IMG/VR virus record: IMGVR_UViG_3300002143_000079
Span: 16,336-80,335 of that record
DNA length: 64,000 nucleotides
Reading direction: 5' to 3' (one strand)
DNA from: a virus
The notes beneath the pieces are model-generated. The model did not search any database, had not been told where the DNA came from, and was given only the letters and a program-made list of their open reading frames with translations. The translations under genes were made by a program, and so were the position numbers. This document shows positions 22,961 through 32,988 of this stretch, one piece after another. Every line of letters starts with the position of its first letter. The first letter of the stretch is position 1.

Positions 22961-23377
22961 TTATCTCTTTTGTTTAGCTATTTTATCGGCAGCCTGTAAT
23001 ACCGAAGCATAATTCTTCGTAAAGACCCCAGACAACGAATCAGGCACCGCCTCTGGTGAGTCTAATACCGAGGGGGCACTCTGTTGAGACGCCATCATCG
23101 AATTACTATCGTCATTGGGGATTTTAACGGTGGTTTCGTTTAAAATCTGATTTAGGATAGGGTTCGTTGAAAAGGTTTTAGGAGCCACAACTGGTGCTGG
23201 TCTGGAATCGGTGATTCTTTTAGACGAGTCAACCACATTTTTTAATATTTTGGTGGTATTTTCAACAACTGGTTGTTTTTGGTTCTTGAAATATTCATCC
23301 AAAATTGCAGGTAATGCGGTTTTTAACTCCGTATTAACGATTTCACGAATTAGTTTTTTAAATTGATCTGCATTCAT
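22961..23377 (-). CDS. Hypothetical protein
   Basis: 138-aa ORF in structural operon. Confidence 0.6.
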   Translation of the reverse strand: MNADQFKKLIREIVNTELKTALPAILDEYFKNQKQPVVENTTKILKNVVDSSKRITDSRPAPVVAPKTFSTNPILNQILNETTVKIPNDDSNSMMASQQSAPSVLDSPEAVPDSLSGVFTKNYASVLQAADKIAKQKR

Positions 23378-23389
23378 AACGTATATATA

Positions 23390-25015
23390 TTAAAATTTTC
23401 TCGGACTTTCTCTTCTATTTGAGGCTGGCCATCCACCGGGAACACCCGTTCCAGAGAATGTGTTTATTTTAGTTGATGGAACACCATCTACAATTTCTCC
23501 ACCATCTCCACCCGGAGCATAACCCCCACCCGTCAAAAATACTCGACGACTCATAATGGTATGAATCTTATCACGTAAACTACGTAATTGTCTGATTTGC
23601 ACCGGAACTTGGGTATTTTTAGGAGTCGGAACACCCACATCTTCATGGGTGTGTTCGTGCCAGTGGGTATGTTCCTCCAACCATAAACATAAGTCGTATA
23701 ACCAATCAGCTAAAGTCTGACCCAATACCGCTGGTTCGTTTGTATTATTATGTTCTCCCAAATATATAGCTGGTGAGTTAAACACCGTCTTGGTATTTGT
23801 GGTAAAAACTATTTGATTATGGGCATCGACAGTATATTCACTATCAGTTGTTACCATATAACGTTTCTTCGAAAAATGTAACGTCTCCCCAAACCTAGAC
23901 GCAAAAATTAATCTATCACTATGTATTACAATTTGATCCCCACTCAATTCGGGCATTTTAAACGTGGTTGCGTTTGGTGGATTAAATTTGACCTGTTCCT
24001 CACCAGAATTTGTTGAAAAGTATTTTTTGTAACACGTTGTTTTAAATCTTGATACCGTCAATCCACTTGTTATGTGAATAGAACTACCATCGTTGTTTAT
24101 ATCTTCAATTAAATATCCACCAACATTCTTCTCATTTGGTGAAGAGTTAACATCATCTATCTTATTTAAGAGTGGATGTAATTGTTGTGTATTATCTTTC
24201 GCAATAGGTCTTTGTCTATTACGAATCAAAATCATGGGATTGCCACCACCAACCTCTTCCTTGTCACTTTTATAGTTGTCGTAAACCCCTTTATCATTTT
24301 TACGATTATCGTCGTAGGCCCCCATTCTTATACTTTGACCAAACCGACTTTCAAAAATTGAATCTCCCTCATAATGTTTGAGATTTCGAATTTTATCATT
24401 AAACCAGAAGTAATTTCCCAAAATACCACGGAACCCCGAATAGAATCTATCATTCGTTGAATCGAGTCGAGATTCTGGCCCACGTAATTCAACAACCGTT
24501 GTGGAACCGGAATAACTCCGATTGGATATTTTCTTACCATATGTCTGTTCGTATCTAAAATCGGCGGAGGTATTGTTGTTATTTTTGGTGTTGATTTTGT
24601 TTGTATAGTAAAATTTATCCAAGATATAAACTACATTAACCACTTCATTTAATACTGGATATGTTGTAAAACTACTATCAATTGGAATTGCCCAAATCAA
24701 ATTTTCCTTCTCAACCTTTTGTTGTGTATAACATAGTCTCACTAACACAGTTCCAATTGGATAATAACTTTTATCCGAAGAACTTGCTGGAAGATTATTG
24801 TAATTTTTAGGATATTCCGATGGAATGGTAATGTTTCCCATTTCCCCATTTGCAAACAGAGGATGTTTGTCGTCGAGAATGATGTCCAAAACAACCCCCG
24901 GTTCGAACTGCGGCATGTTTTCACCCACTTGGAGATATTTGACATCTCTAAAAGTGGATAATTTGTTTACATCATCGGTTGAATTATTTAATATTGTTCG
25001 ACCAGATGAATTCAT
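23390..25015 (-). CDS. Baseplate hub/spike protein (gp5/gpV-like)
   Basis: YPVLNEVV; EGDSIFESRFGQSIRMG; EPAVLGQTL; C-terminal HTHWHEHTH HxH metal-binding tip motif. Confidence 0.7.
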   Translation of the reverse strand: MNSSGRTILNNSTDDVNKLSTFRDVKYLQVGENMPQFEPGVVLDIILDDKHPLFANGEMGNITIPSEYPKNYNNLPASSSDKSYYPIGTVLVRLCYTQQKVEKENLIWAIPIDSSFTTYPVLNEVVNVVYILDKFYYTNKINTKNNNNTSADFRYEQTYGKKISNRSYSGSTTVVELRGPESRLDSTNDRFYSGFRGILGNYFWFNDKIRNLKHYEGDSIFESRFGQSIRMGAYDDNRKNDKGVYDNYKSDKEEVGGGNPMILIRNRQRPIAKDNTQQLHPLLNKIDDVNSSPNEKNVGGYLIEDINNDGSSIHITSGLTVSRFKTTCYKKYFSTNSGEEQVKFNPPNATTFKMPELSGDQIVIHSDRLIFASRFGETLHFSKKRYMVTTDSEYTVDAHNQIVFTTNTKTVFNSPAIYLGEHNNTNEPAVLGQTLADWLYDLCLWLEEHTHWHEHTHEDVGVPTPKNTQVPVQIRQLRSLRDKIHTIMSRRVFLTGGGYAPGGDGGEIVDGVPSTKINTFSGTGVPGGWPASNRRESPRKF

Positions 25016-25392
25016 GATTTGATTTCCTTAACTTTTACTAACTCGGTGGAATTTTTTTGAACATCCTGCATCGCATCCAACAACTGTTTACGTTCCTCGT
25101 CAGTTATGGCAAATGATTGGTCACCATCTCCACCCTCATTTTGTTTGGATAAAATACGTTGTATAACCGCAGCTAATTTTACAAGTTGTTCATCGTTTTT
25201 AATTCCAGTGTCGAGATAATCACGAATAAGTGGCACGATAACCATTGCGTCGTTCACACTTTTAATCAACGGACGGAGTTCACTGATTAAAATATCAATT
25301 TGGTCCTTCTTTTCATTCTGATTAACTACAATTTCTTTACAGAGTGATGAGAACGACTTACCTTTATATATTTCAAATTCGATAGTTTCCAT
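25012..25392 (-). CDS. Hypothetical helical protein
   Basis: 126-aa ORF with TATTTAT 4 nt upstream. Confidence 0.6.
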   Translation of the reverse strand: METIEFEIYKGKSFSSLCKEIVVNQNEKKDQIDILISELRPLIKSVNDAMVIVPLIRDYLDTGIKNDEQLVKLAAVIQRILSKQNEGGDGDQSFAITDEERKQLLDAMQDVQKNSTELVKVKEIKS

Positions 25393-25403
25393 AACAATAA
25401 ATA

Positions 25404-26150
25404 TCAGATTGACCGCCTTTTACGATTTTTCCACAAATTCTTCCGATGTGACTCCGATTTGGCAACACCTTTGGTTTTTTGACGAATTTTTTCACGTCGT
25501 TCATTTTCTATTTCTTCTAAGGAAACCTTACCAAGTGTCCAACCTTTTATAGAAAGTCTTTTACCATTTAAAAACAAATTTAACCCACCACTATCAACTT
25601 TGTATTTTTTTCTAAAATCATATGGTGTAAGAGTTTCGACTATTCCCATTGATTCGTTGTAAAAGGCATATTTTGTTTTAATGTAACGTGCATTATTAAT
25701 TCCTGTATGAGCGATACGATTTTTCTCTTTTTGTTTTTTTGTCTTCGGTTTACCATACATATAGGATTTTTCACCCCTATTTGCCAAACTTTGTTTTATA
25801 CGTGTTTCCAGACGTCTTTCGGAAACCCCCGACCAACTTTTCAAATAATTGCACAAATTTTCCATACCGTAGAAATCTATAAATGCGGATTCTAATGATA
25901 ACGCCTCTATTTCCACGACGTTCTCAATCAACTTTTCATACTTTGGAGACAAACCTTTTTTAACTAGGTCATAAATCTTATTAAACAACTTATAGTTTGT
26001 CTTGTTAGGAACTTTTCCCAACCTCACATCTTTTTCATGTTTATACATTCTATTACCACACCCCTTACCGACGTAAAATACTTCGTCTGTAAGGGGATGT
26101 GACAATTGATAGGTGTAATATTTATTAACTAAGGGAACCGTTTTCGACAT
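25404..26150 (-). CDS. GIY-YIG family homing endonuclease (NUMOD3-like repeats)
   Basis: YYTYQL...FYVGKG..NRM..H; GEKSYMYGKPKT. Confidence 0.78.
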   Translation of the reverse strand: MSKTVPLVNKYYTYQLSHPLTDEVFYVGKGCGNRMYKHEKDVRLGKVPNKTNYKLFNKIYDLVKKGLSPKYEKLIENVVEIEALSLESAFIDFYGMENLCNYLKSWSGVSERRLETRIKQSLANRGEKSYMYGKPKTKKQKEKNRIAHTGINNARYIKTKYAFYNESMGIVETLTPYDFRKKYKVDSGGLNLFLNGKRLSIKGWTLGKVSLEEIENERREKIRQKTKGVAKSESHRKNLWKNRKRRSI

Positions 26151-27021
26151 AGAGCTTAGTAATCTTATTCTGATACTCTTTCATCTTATTTATCACTTTT
26201 GTAATCTGCTGCGTTTTGCACGAAGAAATTTCACGGATATAAAGATATAATGCCTTCTTATTGAAGTGGTCTATTCGATCACTATTACGGAATAACTCGA
26301 CGACTGCCTCAGCAATTTTCAAATCTTTCTTCTTGGTGAATATCTCGGTGAGATTTCTATCCCAATAATCCACCATCATTGTGATGAATTGTTTAGTTTC
26401 CATTTCTTTGTGATGTGTATCCTCAGATTGTAATCTAACGGTGTTCGCTTCATTCTCTTCACTGATATCAACTTGTTGGTTATATCGTTTGTAATTGGAA
26501 TTGTTATTGAATATCAGGTAGTTCTTCGCAATGATACTGAAATATGAAAATGCCTTACCTTTACCTTCTTCATATTTATGAATGTTAGCCACCAAATGTG
26601 AAAGCGTTTCTTTTTGTACTTCCAATGGACCTACATCGAAGTAACTGAATTTGAATGTGTTAAAGATATTCTCCACCAACTTTTCAAATGCAAACTTTAT
26701 CTTGGTGTTGAAGATTTCATTGCGTTTATCAATATCTTCTTCTTTATTATACAATACAATGGAGTCTTCCGTATCTTTGGTAAAATACATTTTTTCAAAG
26801 GACGGTTTACGAACCTTCTTCACTGGAACCTCAACTACTGGTGTAGGTGTGGGCACCGGCGTTACTTTCGGTTTTTCTTCACAAACATCGACTATCTGAA
26901 CCCTATTTACATTTTTAATTTTAGCCGATTTGAATGTCTTTTTAGAAGTAACCTTATTCCTAGAGCCGGGTTTATTCTTGACTGTTTTCTTTGTTTTTGT
27001 TTTTTGAATCATCGTCGTCAT
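26125..27021 (-). CDS. Putative phage sigma factor for late transcription
   Basis: YFTKDTEDSI...EKLVENI...KYEEGKGKAFSYFSIIAKNYLI resembles sigma region 2 (gp55-like); basic/Pro-rich N-terminal extension. Confidence 0.65.
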   Translation of the reverse strand: MTTMIQKTKTKKTVKNKPGSRNKVTSKKTFKSAKIKNVNRVQIVDVCEEKPKVTPVPTPTPVVEVPVKKVRKPSFEKMYFTKDTEDSIVLYNKEEDIDKRNEIFNTKIKFAFEKLVENIFNTFKFSYFDVGPLEVQKETLSHLVANIHKYEEGKGKAFSYFSIIAKNYLIFNNNSNYKRYNQQVDISEENEANTVRLQSEDTHHKEMETKQFITMMVDYWDRNLTEIFTKKKDLKIAEAVVELFRNSDRIDHFNKKALYLYIREISSCKTQQITKVINKMKEYQNKITKLYVENGSLS

Positions 27022-27274
27022 AGGTTTTTTCTTTTAAATCGTTTATTATATCAACCATGTTAGAAAAAACAAACCCAACTTCATCATCCTTTTCAAACAT
27101 TTCCCGGTCGTCAATAAATTTCAGTTTAGCGTAGGTATCTTGAACCATCTCTTTGAAATCCAAAATCCAGACTTCGTATATTTTTACTTTCGTAAGACTT
27201 ACGTTTAACGCTTTATAAAGAAAAATATTGATTGCCACCGACACCACTAATAAAATTGAAACTATAATTATCAT
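26972..27274 (-). CDS. Membrane-anchored hypothetical protein
   Basis: N-terminal hydrophobic helix. Confidence 0.6.
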   Translation of the reverse strand: MIIIVSILLVVSVAINIFLYKALNVSLTKVKIYEVWILDFKEMVQDTYAKLKFIDDREMFEKDDEVGFVFSNMVDIINDLKEKTYDDDDSKNKNKENSQE

Positions 27275-27592
27275 ATTTAATAAGAACTTTCATCATCGTC
27301 TGTATCCTCGACATATTCTTCGAGATATTCTATCGCCTCATAAACCAAATCCCAATCTGATCGAGTTGTTGATTTTCTTAACATTTTTAATACTGCGTTT
27401 ATATTGTTTTCGTCCATAACATAAACTACATAGTAACCAATATTCAAAAAATCAAATTAATTTCGAAAAAGTCTCGCAAACTTCGTGTGTTTGGCCAGTT
27501 TTTTCTTTTTATCGACATTTTTTACTACATTTGATGATATTAATTCCGTGTTTGTTTCATCTGTCACGACACTATCATTCAAATTACTAATG

Positions 27593-28405
27593 TCAAGGGT
27601 ATTTATGATAATTTTTTTTTTTATCGTCGGTGAATAATATGTTATTATATGCCAATAGGAGACAAATTGCAAGTGGATCAAACACGGAAATTAATAGGGC
27701 AATGAACCATTTTACAATAGTGTCCATGGGAACATTGAATTCATCCGACACATATTTAAATGTGATTATATCACTCTTACTACGAGATTCGACTTTTACG
27801 TTATTAATAGTTGTCTGCAAATTCAATAATTCCTCGTTCGAAGATTGGATTTTCTGATTCTCTAATTCAATATTCTTTTCGTTATTAGTTATCAGGTCCA
27901 AAGTTTGCGTTTGGATTTCTTGTAATTGAATTGGATTTCGAGCCAAGAAAGTATTCGTCATTGAATCATTCAATCTCTTTTCTTGATTCACCCGAAGGCT
28001 GTCGATAGTTAATATACGACTTTTGGATTGTTCAATTTTTGACTGAGTAACCAATTTTTGAGACTCATACATTGCAATTTTTTCTTCGTATGTTGAGTTT
28101 TCTAAAGAAGATTTTTGATATGCAGAACTCAAATATCCAAATATACCCAATGAAGTAATAAACATTAATACAACAACCCCAATGGTTAAGTATATTTTCA
28201 AAAACGATTTAGTCGATTCCCAATATCTAAACAAATAACTAGTCGCTACTAATTTACCCAATTCCAAGGAGGAAGCCATAATGATTGCGGCGACCATAGA
28301 ACCTGAAAATAACATGGCAATACCAATAATAGAAAAATAAGCTGCACAGGTTGCGATGAAAAAGGATGTGAAACCAACTAAATTTTTAAAAGAAAAGACG
28401 TTCAT
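27593..28405 (-). CDS. Multi-pass membrane protein with coiled coil
   Basis: Three N-terminal TM helices, coiled coil, C-terminal VFDPLAICLLLA helix; start moved to ATG 28405, 5 nt after TATTTAT. Confidence 0.7.
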   Translation of the reverse strand: MNVFSFKNLVGFTSFFIATCAAYFSIIGIAMLFSGSMVAAIIMASSLELGKLVATSYLFRYWESTKSFLKIYLTIGVVVLMFITSLGIFGYLSSAYQKSSLENSTYEEKIAMYESQKLVTQSKIEQSKSRILTIDSLRVNQEKRLNDSMTNTFLARNPIQLQEIQTQTLDLITNNEKNIELENQKIQSSNEELLNLQTTINNVKVESRSKSDIITFKYVSDEFNVPMDTIVKWFIALLISVFDPLAICLLLAYNNILFTDDKKKNYHKYP

Positions 28406-28430
28406 AAGACATAAATATGGAAATAAAAGA

Positions 28431-28458
28431 AAAAACCCCATCTTTCGATGGGGGTTTT
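28431..28458. terminator. Intrinsic terminator-like hairpin
   Basis: AAAACCCCATC-tttc-GATGGGGGTTTT with A/T tails. Confidence 0.7.
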
Positions 28459-28491
28459 CTATAAACCTATGTATATAAACGTATTACGTGA

Positions 28492-29187
28492 TTAACGATT
28501 TTCTCGTTTCCACAAATCATACTCCGTTCGACAAGCGATAAAATCACCTTGATGTAGGATACGGGGAAGATTGGTCTTCAATTCGTAATCAGGATTGTAA
28601 TTTTTCAAATATGAGGTGTTTGCTTCGTGATAAAGACCATCTGACAACTTAATACCCAAGGTTTCTTTCCAAGTGCAGACAATTCCATACTGTTGAAGAA
28701 TATACAAAGCTCGGTCAGTGACGTCCATATATTGAAGATTGGTGTTGAACTTGAATATCTCACCACGATTTTTTACATGCCAGTCGCTGTCTTGTGGTAG
28801 ATAGTATTCACCTTGTTGTCGGTCACCCAATTTACCCAAATCGTGATGAAGTGCGGCAAAAATTAGTTCTTCATCGGTGAAATCAATTTCCGCACCCATT
28901 ACTGTCCATAACTTTTTGACACCCATGGAAGCTTTACAAACTCCTAAAATATGGTCTAAGTATCCACCAATATAGGCATTGTGGAAATGTGCTTTTGCGG
29001 AAGCAGGAGCGGTTATCAATCGAAGTCCGTATTCATTCTCACTATAAAGGTGGAGAAGTTTCTCCAATCGTTCACCATCGAAATTCTTTTTAAGAAATGT
29101 GATGAATGACTCGTAATTATCTTGTAATTCTTGTTCGGTATATTCTTTCATATGACATGAATATACGTCACGACCAATAAAAGACAA
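28492..29187 (-). CDS. HD-domain protein (YhaM-like HD hydrolase)
   Basis: APAS...HNAYIGGYLDH, AALHHDLGKLG, LHQGD. Confidence 0.8.
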   Translation of the reverse strand: MSFIGRDVYSCHMKEYTEQELQDNYESFITFLKKNFDGERLEKLLHLYSENEYGLRLITAPASAKAHFHNAYIGGYLDHILGVCKASMGVKKLWTVMGAEIDFTDEELIFAALHHDLGKLGDRQQGEYYLPQDSDWHVKNRGEIFKFNTNLQYMDVTDRALYILQQYGIVCTWKETLGIKLSDGLYHEANTSYLKNYNPDYELKTNLPRILHQGDFIACRTEYDLWKRENR

Positions 29188-29354
29188 TTTATTATATCTC
29201 TGTATTTTTCAGAGTGAGTAGATATTTCTTACCGTCGTGGGATAACTGATTTATTTTAGCGTCGGTTATGTCACCATCCTTTGCCTTCTCATAAGACAAT
29301 TTCATAATTTCCTCAAGGACGGATTCTAACTTTTCCAATGTTTCTTTTTTCATA

Positions 29355-29807
29355 TTAAGTCAATGTGAATGTTCTCCACTGACTTCCAACATAACCCTGA
29401 AATGAACCCGAAGTCAAGTTGTAAATAACCGTACCAGCTTGGACATTTGTTAAATTATTGACTTGGTTTTGGGTATATTGATAAACTGCAAATCCCATAC
29501 CATCTTTACCACCCACCACTGAAACATTCGCATTGGCGCTATAAGATGATGAAGTAGAAGAACCTGCGGTGGTTGCATATGTCGAAAGACTCGATGTTTC
29601 TGCAACCACCGCAGTTTCGGAATTTTCACAACTAACAGAATGTTCTGACTCTTTGGGAATGAGATTATCCGTAAAATATCCGGTAAGTTCATGTACGGAC
29701 ATGTTTTTTGTTTCGGAAAAATCTCTATCCACGACCACAAGTAAATCTTGCGAGTCTAAACTAGCAGACGTAAGTGGGGACAATTCTGTTATTCGTTTGT
29801 TTGCCAT
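29355..29807 (-). CDS. Putative virion protein
   Basis: MANKRITEL start, S/T-rich middle, GTVIYN...FQGY end; TATTTAT upstream. Confidence 0.55.
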   Translation of the reverse strand: MANKRITELSPLTSASLDSQDLLVVVDRDFSETKNMSVHELTGYFTDNLIPKESEHSVSCENSETAVVAETSSLSTYATTAGSSTSSSYSANANVSVVGGKDGMGFAVYQYTQNQVNNLTNVQAGTVIYNLTSGSFQGYVGSQWRTFTLT

Positions 29808-29829
29808 ATATCAACACATAAATATGTGT

Positions 29830-30555
29830 TTATAATTGTTTTTTGGTTTTTTTAATGATAAATTGTACTAATTTGCTACGAACAATGTCGTCTTCGGTGA
29901 ATTGGAATGTATAAATTCCATTCTCCCGACTCTCAGCATCATCGAAAACATCATACATTTTCTTGAATCCACTTTTACCATTAATGTCGGCTTGGTCAGG
30001 ATCACCAATTACAAAGATTTTACTGAATTCACCAACACGGGTAATCAACGTCATCAATTCCTTGGTGGTTAAATTCTGTGCTTCATCCGCAACAATGGCC
30101 TTTGCATTCCAATTTAATCCTCGGAGAAATCCAACAGGAATAGAATCAATATGACCACCTTTTTGTAAAGCATCTATATCTCCATGACTAAGAAACTCAT
30201 CCAATTTATCTAATAATGGTTGGAGATATGGTGCCATTTTTTCACTACTCTCACCGGGCAAAAAGCCCAATTTACTATCACTACTTTCAACGGCGCTACG
30301 AATGTATAAGAGATCACTGACTCGTCTATCATTCATTAATTTGAGAGATGCTAAAATAGCCAGATATGTTTTGCTTGTTCCGGCTGGACCTGATACGAAT
30401 ATCATTTTGACATTTTTATCAAATGCCAATTCTAAGAAGGATTTTTGTTTTTCGGTTAATTGTTGTTTTTCTGTTATGGTTATTTGATTTTTTATTTTCT
30501 TGTTTTGCGGAACTACTGGGCTTTTGTCAGTTAGTTTATTTTTACTTTTTTTCAT
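29830..30555 (-). CDS. phoH: PhoH-like ATPase
   Basis: GPAGTSKTYLA, LGFLPG, LRG, ADEAQN, GDPDQAD, DIVRS. Confidence 0.92.
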   Translation of the reverse strand: MKKSKNKLTDKSPVVPQNKKIKNQITITEKQQLTEKQKSFLELAFDKNVKMIFVSGPAGTSKTYLAILASLKLMNDRRVSDLLYIRSAVESSDSKLGFLPGESSEKMAPYLQPLLDKLDEFLSHGDIDALQKGGHIDSIPVGFLRGLNWNAKAIVADEAQNLTTKELMTLITRVGEFSKIFVIGDPDQADINGKSGFKKMYDVFDDAESRENGIYTFQFTEDDIVRSKLVQFIIKKTKKQL

Positions 30556-30857
30556 ATAGTTTTAAGCAATCTAACATTTACTTTCTTAATCTTACTACAT
30601 AATTCGTAGTATTCATTTTCCATACAATAACTGTATATCTGTTCCATATTGGATAAGAAATTATTTTTATCCAGCGTGATAACAAAATCGGAATTTTTGA
30701 ACTTAAAAACCTCGATAACAGTGAGATCATTTTCAACAGAGTGTTGAATTGAATTGACGACACTATCCATCATTTTTAACTTATTTTCGTGGACATATGA
30801 TTTTAGTTCACCATCTGACGACGGTAGAACCATTGGTTTATAGCAATTTTTTTTCAT
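30552..30857 (-). CDS. Hypothetical protein
   Basis: 101-aa ORF ending ENEYYELCSKI. Confidence 0.6.
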   Translation of the reverse strand: MKKNCYKPMVLPSSDGELKSYVHENKLKMMDSVVNSIQHSVENDLTVIEVFKFKNSDFVITLDKNNFLSNMEQIYSYCMENEYYELCSKIKKVNVRLLKTI

Positions 30858-30918
30858 AAAAAGTTAACCGAACATAAATATCAAAATAATATACCAAAAT
30901 CAAATATACGCACAATAA

Positions 30919-30946
30919 AAAACGTGACTATTTCTAGTCACGTTTT
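30919..30946. terminator. Intrinsic terminator-like hairpin
   Basis: AAAACGTGACTA-tttc-TAGTCACGTTTT. Confidence 0.65.
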
Positions 30947-30975
30947 CAATTCAATTGATATTTTTAATCACCCTG

Positions 30976-31185
30976 TTAATCTTTACGTAGATTTTTTTCT
31001 ACGATTTCCACCGTTGAAGATTTATCCCACTTTTGCGTCAACGATTTCCAATACGTATATTCATCAATCGCATTTTCGGGGTTATTGTATTCCAACTCCG
31101 AGACACGAAATCCATCTCTAGTGACAATGTATTTATGTGAATTGACTTTGTTAACCGGTTTAGTTTTATTAATGGTATTTGTCAT
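30976..31185 (-). CDS. Hypothetical protein
   Basis: 69-aa ORF. Confidence 0.55.
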   Translation of the reverse strand: MTNTINKTKPVNKVNSHKYIVTRDGFRVSELEYNNPENAIDEYTYWKSLTQKWDKSSTVEIVEKNLRKD

Positions 31186-31225
31186 ATTTTTATGTTACAT
31201 TAGACTTCTCATTTGTCAATGGATA

Positions 31226-31519
31226 TTAACCTAGTAGAATTTCCTTTTCCTTTTTATCTGCGGTTTCACTTGCGGTTTGAAGATACTCAACCAATTCATT
31301 TTTTCTTTCTTCGGATAAAATAACGTGGTCAGCCCAAGGATGTCCGGTTGTTAGAATTCGCCAACACCATCGAATTCTTTCACTCCAACGTAAAATAGCG
31401 CCATTATTACCAAGATGCCACATACTAAACCAATATTGTTTATCGTAGATGTCATATTCAACTTCCAACGCATGACCACTACATTCACATTTTAATATTT
31501 TACCTCGATTATATGTCAT
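31226..31519 (-). CDS. Hypothetical protein
   Basis: 97-aa ORF, CECSGH motif. Confidence 0.6.
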   Translation of the reverse strand: MTYNRGKILKCECSGHALEVEYDIYDKQYWFSMWHLGNNGAILRWSERIRWCWRILTTGHPWADHVILSEERKNELVEYLQTASETADKKEKEILLG

Positions 31520-31720
31520 AATTTTTATATTTATACATTACACCAATGAAAACTTCGCCCGACTATCCGTTAATTAACAGAATAAAACATTTGAGTTTTC
31601 ATTTAGTTTGTATAGGAAGATTATCAGTGAAATTGATGTGTGGAAAGATATTATATTTGGAATTTTTAACGAAGGTGAAATTTTTCTTGAAGGGTGTGAA
31701 GAGAGCATTATTACCGTAAA

Positions 31721-32104
31721 TGGTGGAGATGATGGAAGTTGAATCCATGTCTTCAATCGTTATACCGTCAAAGCCTACATGTTTAGGATGTTTAAATTTT
31801 CGAGATTGTGTTCTGAACATACCAAACCACACAACCCTTATACTCAAGTTTTCTCGTTTGGTAACCTAAGTCGAATTACCAAACACTCACGAAAAATTCG
31901 TTGAATAGACTATCGTGTGTCATCCATTCAACGGCACAACCTTTTATTAGGCTGCGACAGCAACTTCGTCCATTTCTGGAGTGAAGTCATAGGCGATTAC
32001 GTTTTTTGCGTTTAATCTTTTTGATAGAAATTTTTAAGAGGCCAACTATCATCCTCTACATGCCTCGTACTTTATCTCAACTGAATCGAAACCAGTACAT
32101 CCCC
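31721..32104 (-). ncRNA. ssrA: tmRNA; tag peptide (A)AKNVIAYDFTPEMDEVAVAA encoded at 32009-31947
   Basis: 5' GGGGATG pairs with 3' CATCTCC-ACCA (G3-U alanine determinant); T-arm GGATTCAACTTCC; resume codon GCA after TTAAAC; tag ends AA then TAA TAA; TTGACA/TATAGT promoter upstream. Confidence 0.95.
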
Positions 32105-32160
32105 ATAAAATTCTCAAAGAACAATACCGTCACTATACTACATCTTTTCTATTTGTCAAC

Positions 32161-32907
32161 TCATTGTGCAAACGAACGTCGAATATCTTTGTAGATTTCT
32201 CGAAGCACCAACTTCTCCATATCCGGCGTTGGTTCTGGTTGAATTGATGTAATGTCTACATCATCAAGATATTCCGTTGTCAAATCTTCACCATGAGGTT
32301 CTCTAGCAGTCGAGTTAGAAATACTAACCGTTGCGGTATATGTGTATTCAACTTCTCCAACCATGACATACCCGGATTTTTTTTGAGTTTCCGAGTTACT
32401 ATTTTCACTCACCGAAGCTTCCTTGATATTATACATCTTTCTAAATGTGTCGTATGTGTAAACCATATCTTCACTGAAAGAATAAACGCCAATATCAACT
32501 TTACCATTGGAATATTTTGCGTTGACATATTGCCATTTTTTATCACGCATCATGAATGGTTCTTCACCTTGTCTTTCTCCCACATATTCTGCATACATTT
32601 CATCGGAGTTATCTTCTCGGAGATAAGCAAAACGTTGTGACTCATCCTTCAACTGTTTTATCATTGATTGTGTATTGGGTTTTTTAATCCACGATTCATA
32701 CGCCCAACTACCTTTAAATCTATCCCACCCAACACTTGCTTGTAAATTCGAGGACATTAGAAGTTCTTTGTAAAAAGCAGCTTTTTCAAAATCTTTGACC
32801 TTTAGTGCAGATTTCAATTCACGATTCATCAAATCATATTGCATGGTGTCTTTATTTGCCTCTATGATATATTCTTTGATTATACTTTTTAATTTACTCT
32901 TCTTCAT
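32161..32907 (-). CDS. Hypothetical late protein, candidate internal head protein
   Basis: MKKSKLKSIIKEYIIE start, recurrent I/L-x-E sites, TATTTAT upstream. Confidence 0.6.
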   Translation of the reverse strand: MKKSKLKSIIKEYIIEANKDTMQYDLMNRELKSALKVKDFEKAAFYKELLMSSNLQASVGWDRFKGSWAYESWIKKPNTQSMIKQLKDESQRFAYLREDNSDEMYAEYVGERQGEEPFMMRDKKWQYVNAKYSNGKVDIGVYSFSEDMVYTYDTFRKMYNIKEASVSENSNSETQKKSGYVMVGEVEYTYTATVSISNSTAREPHGEDLTTEYLDDVDITSIQPEPTPDMEKLVLREIYKDIRRSFAQ

Positions 32908-32933
32908 ACGATGTATAAATAGTTACGACAAAA

Positions 32934-32969
32934 AAGAAACCGCCGACTTTTAAGTGTCGGCGGTTTCTT
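32934..32969. terminator. Intrinsic terminator-like hairpin
   Basis: AAGAAACCGCCGAC...GTCGGCGGTTTCTT. Confidence 0.75.
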
Positions 32970-32988
32970 AGAATTATCGTCCAATTGT

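Noticed and set aside
31574-31847. ORFs overlapping the tmRNA 3' end
   Set aside because: Explained by the RNA gene; no protein features
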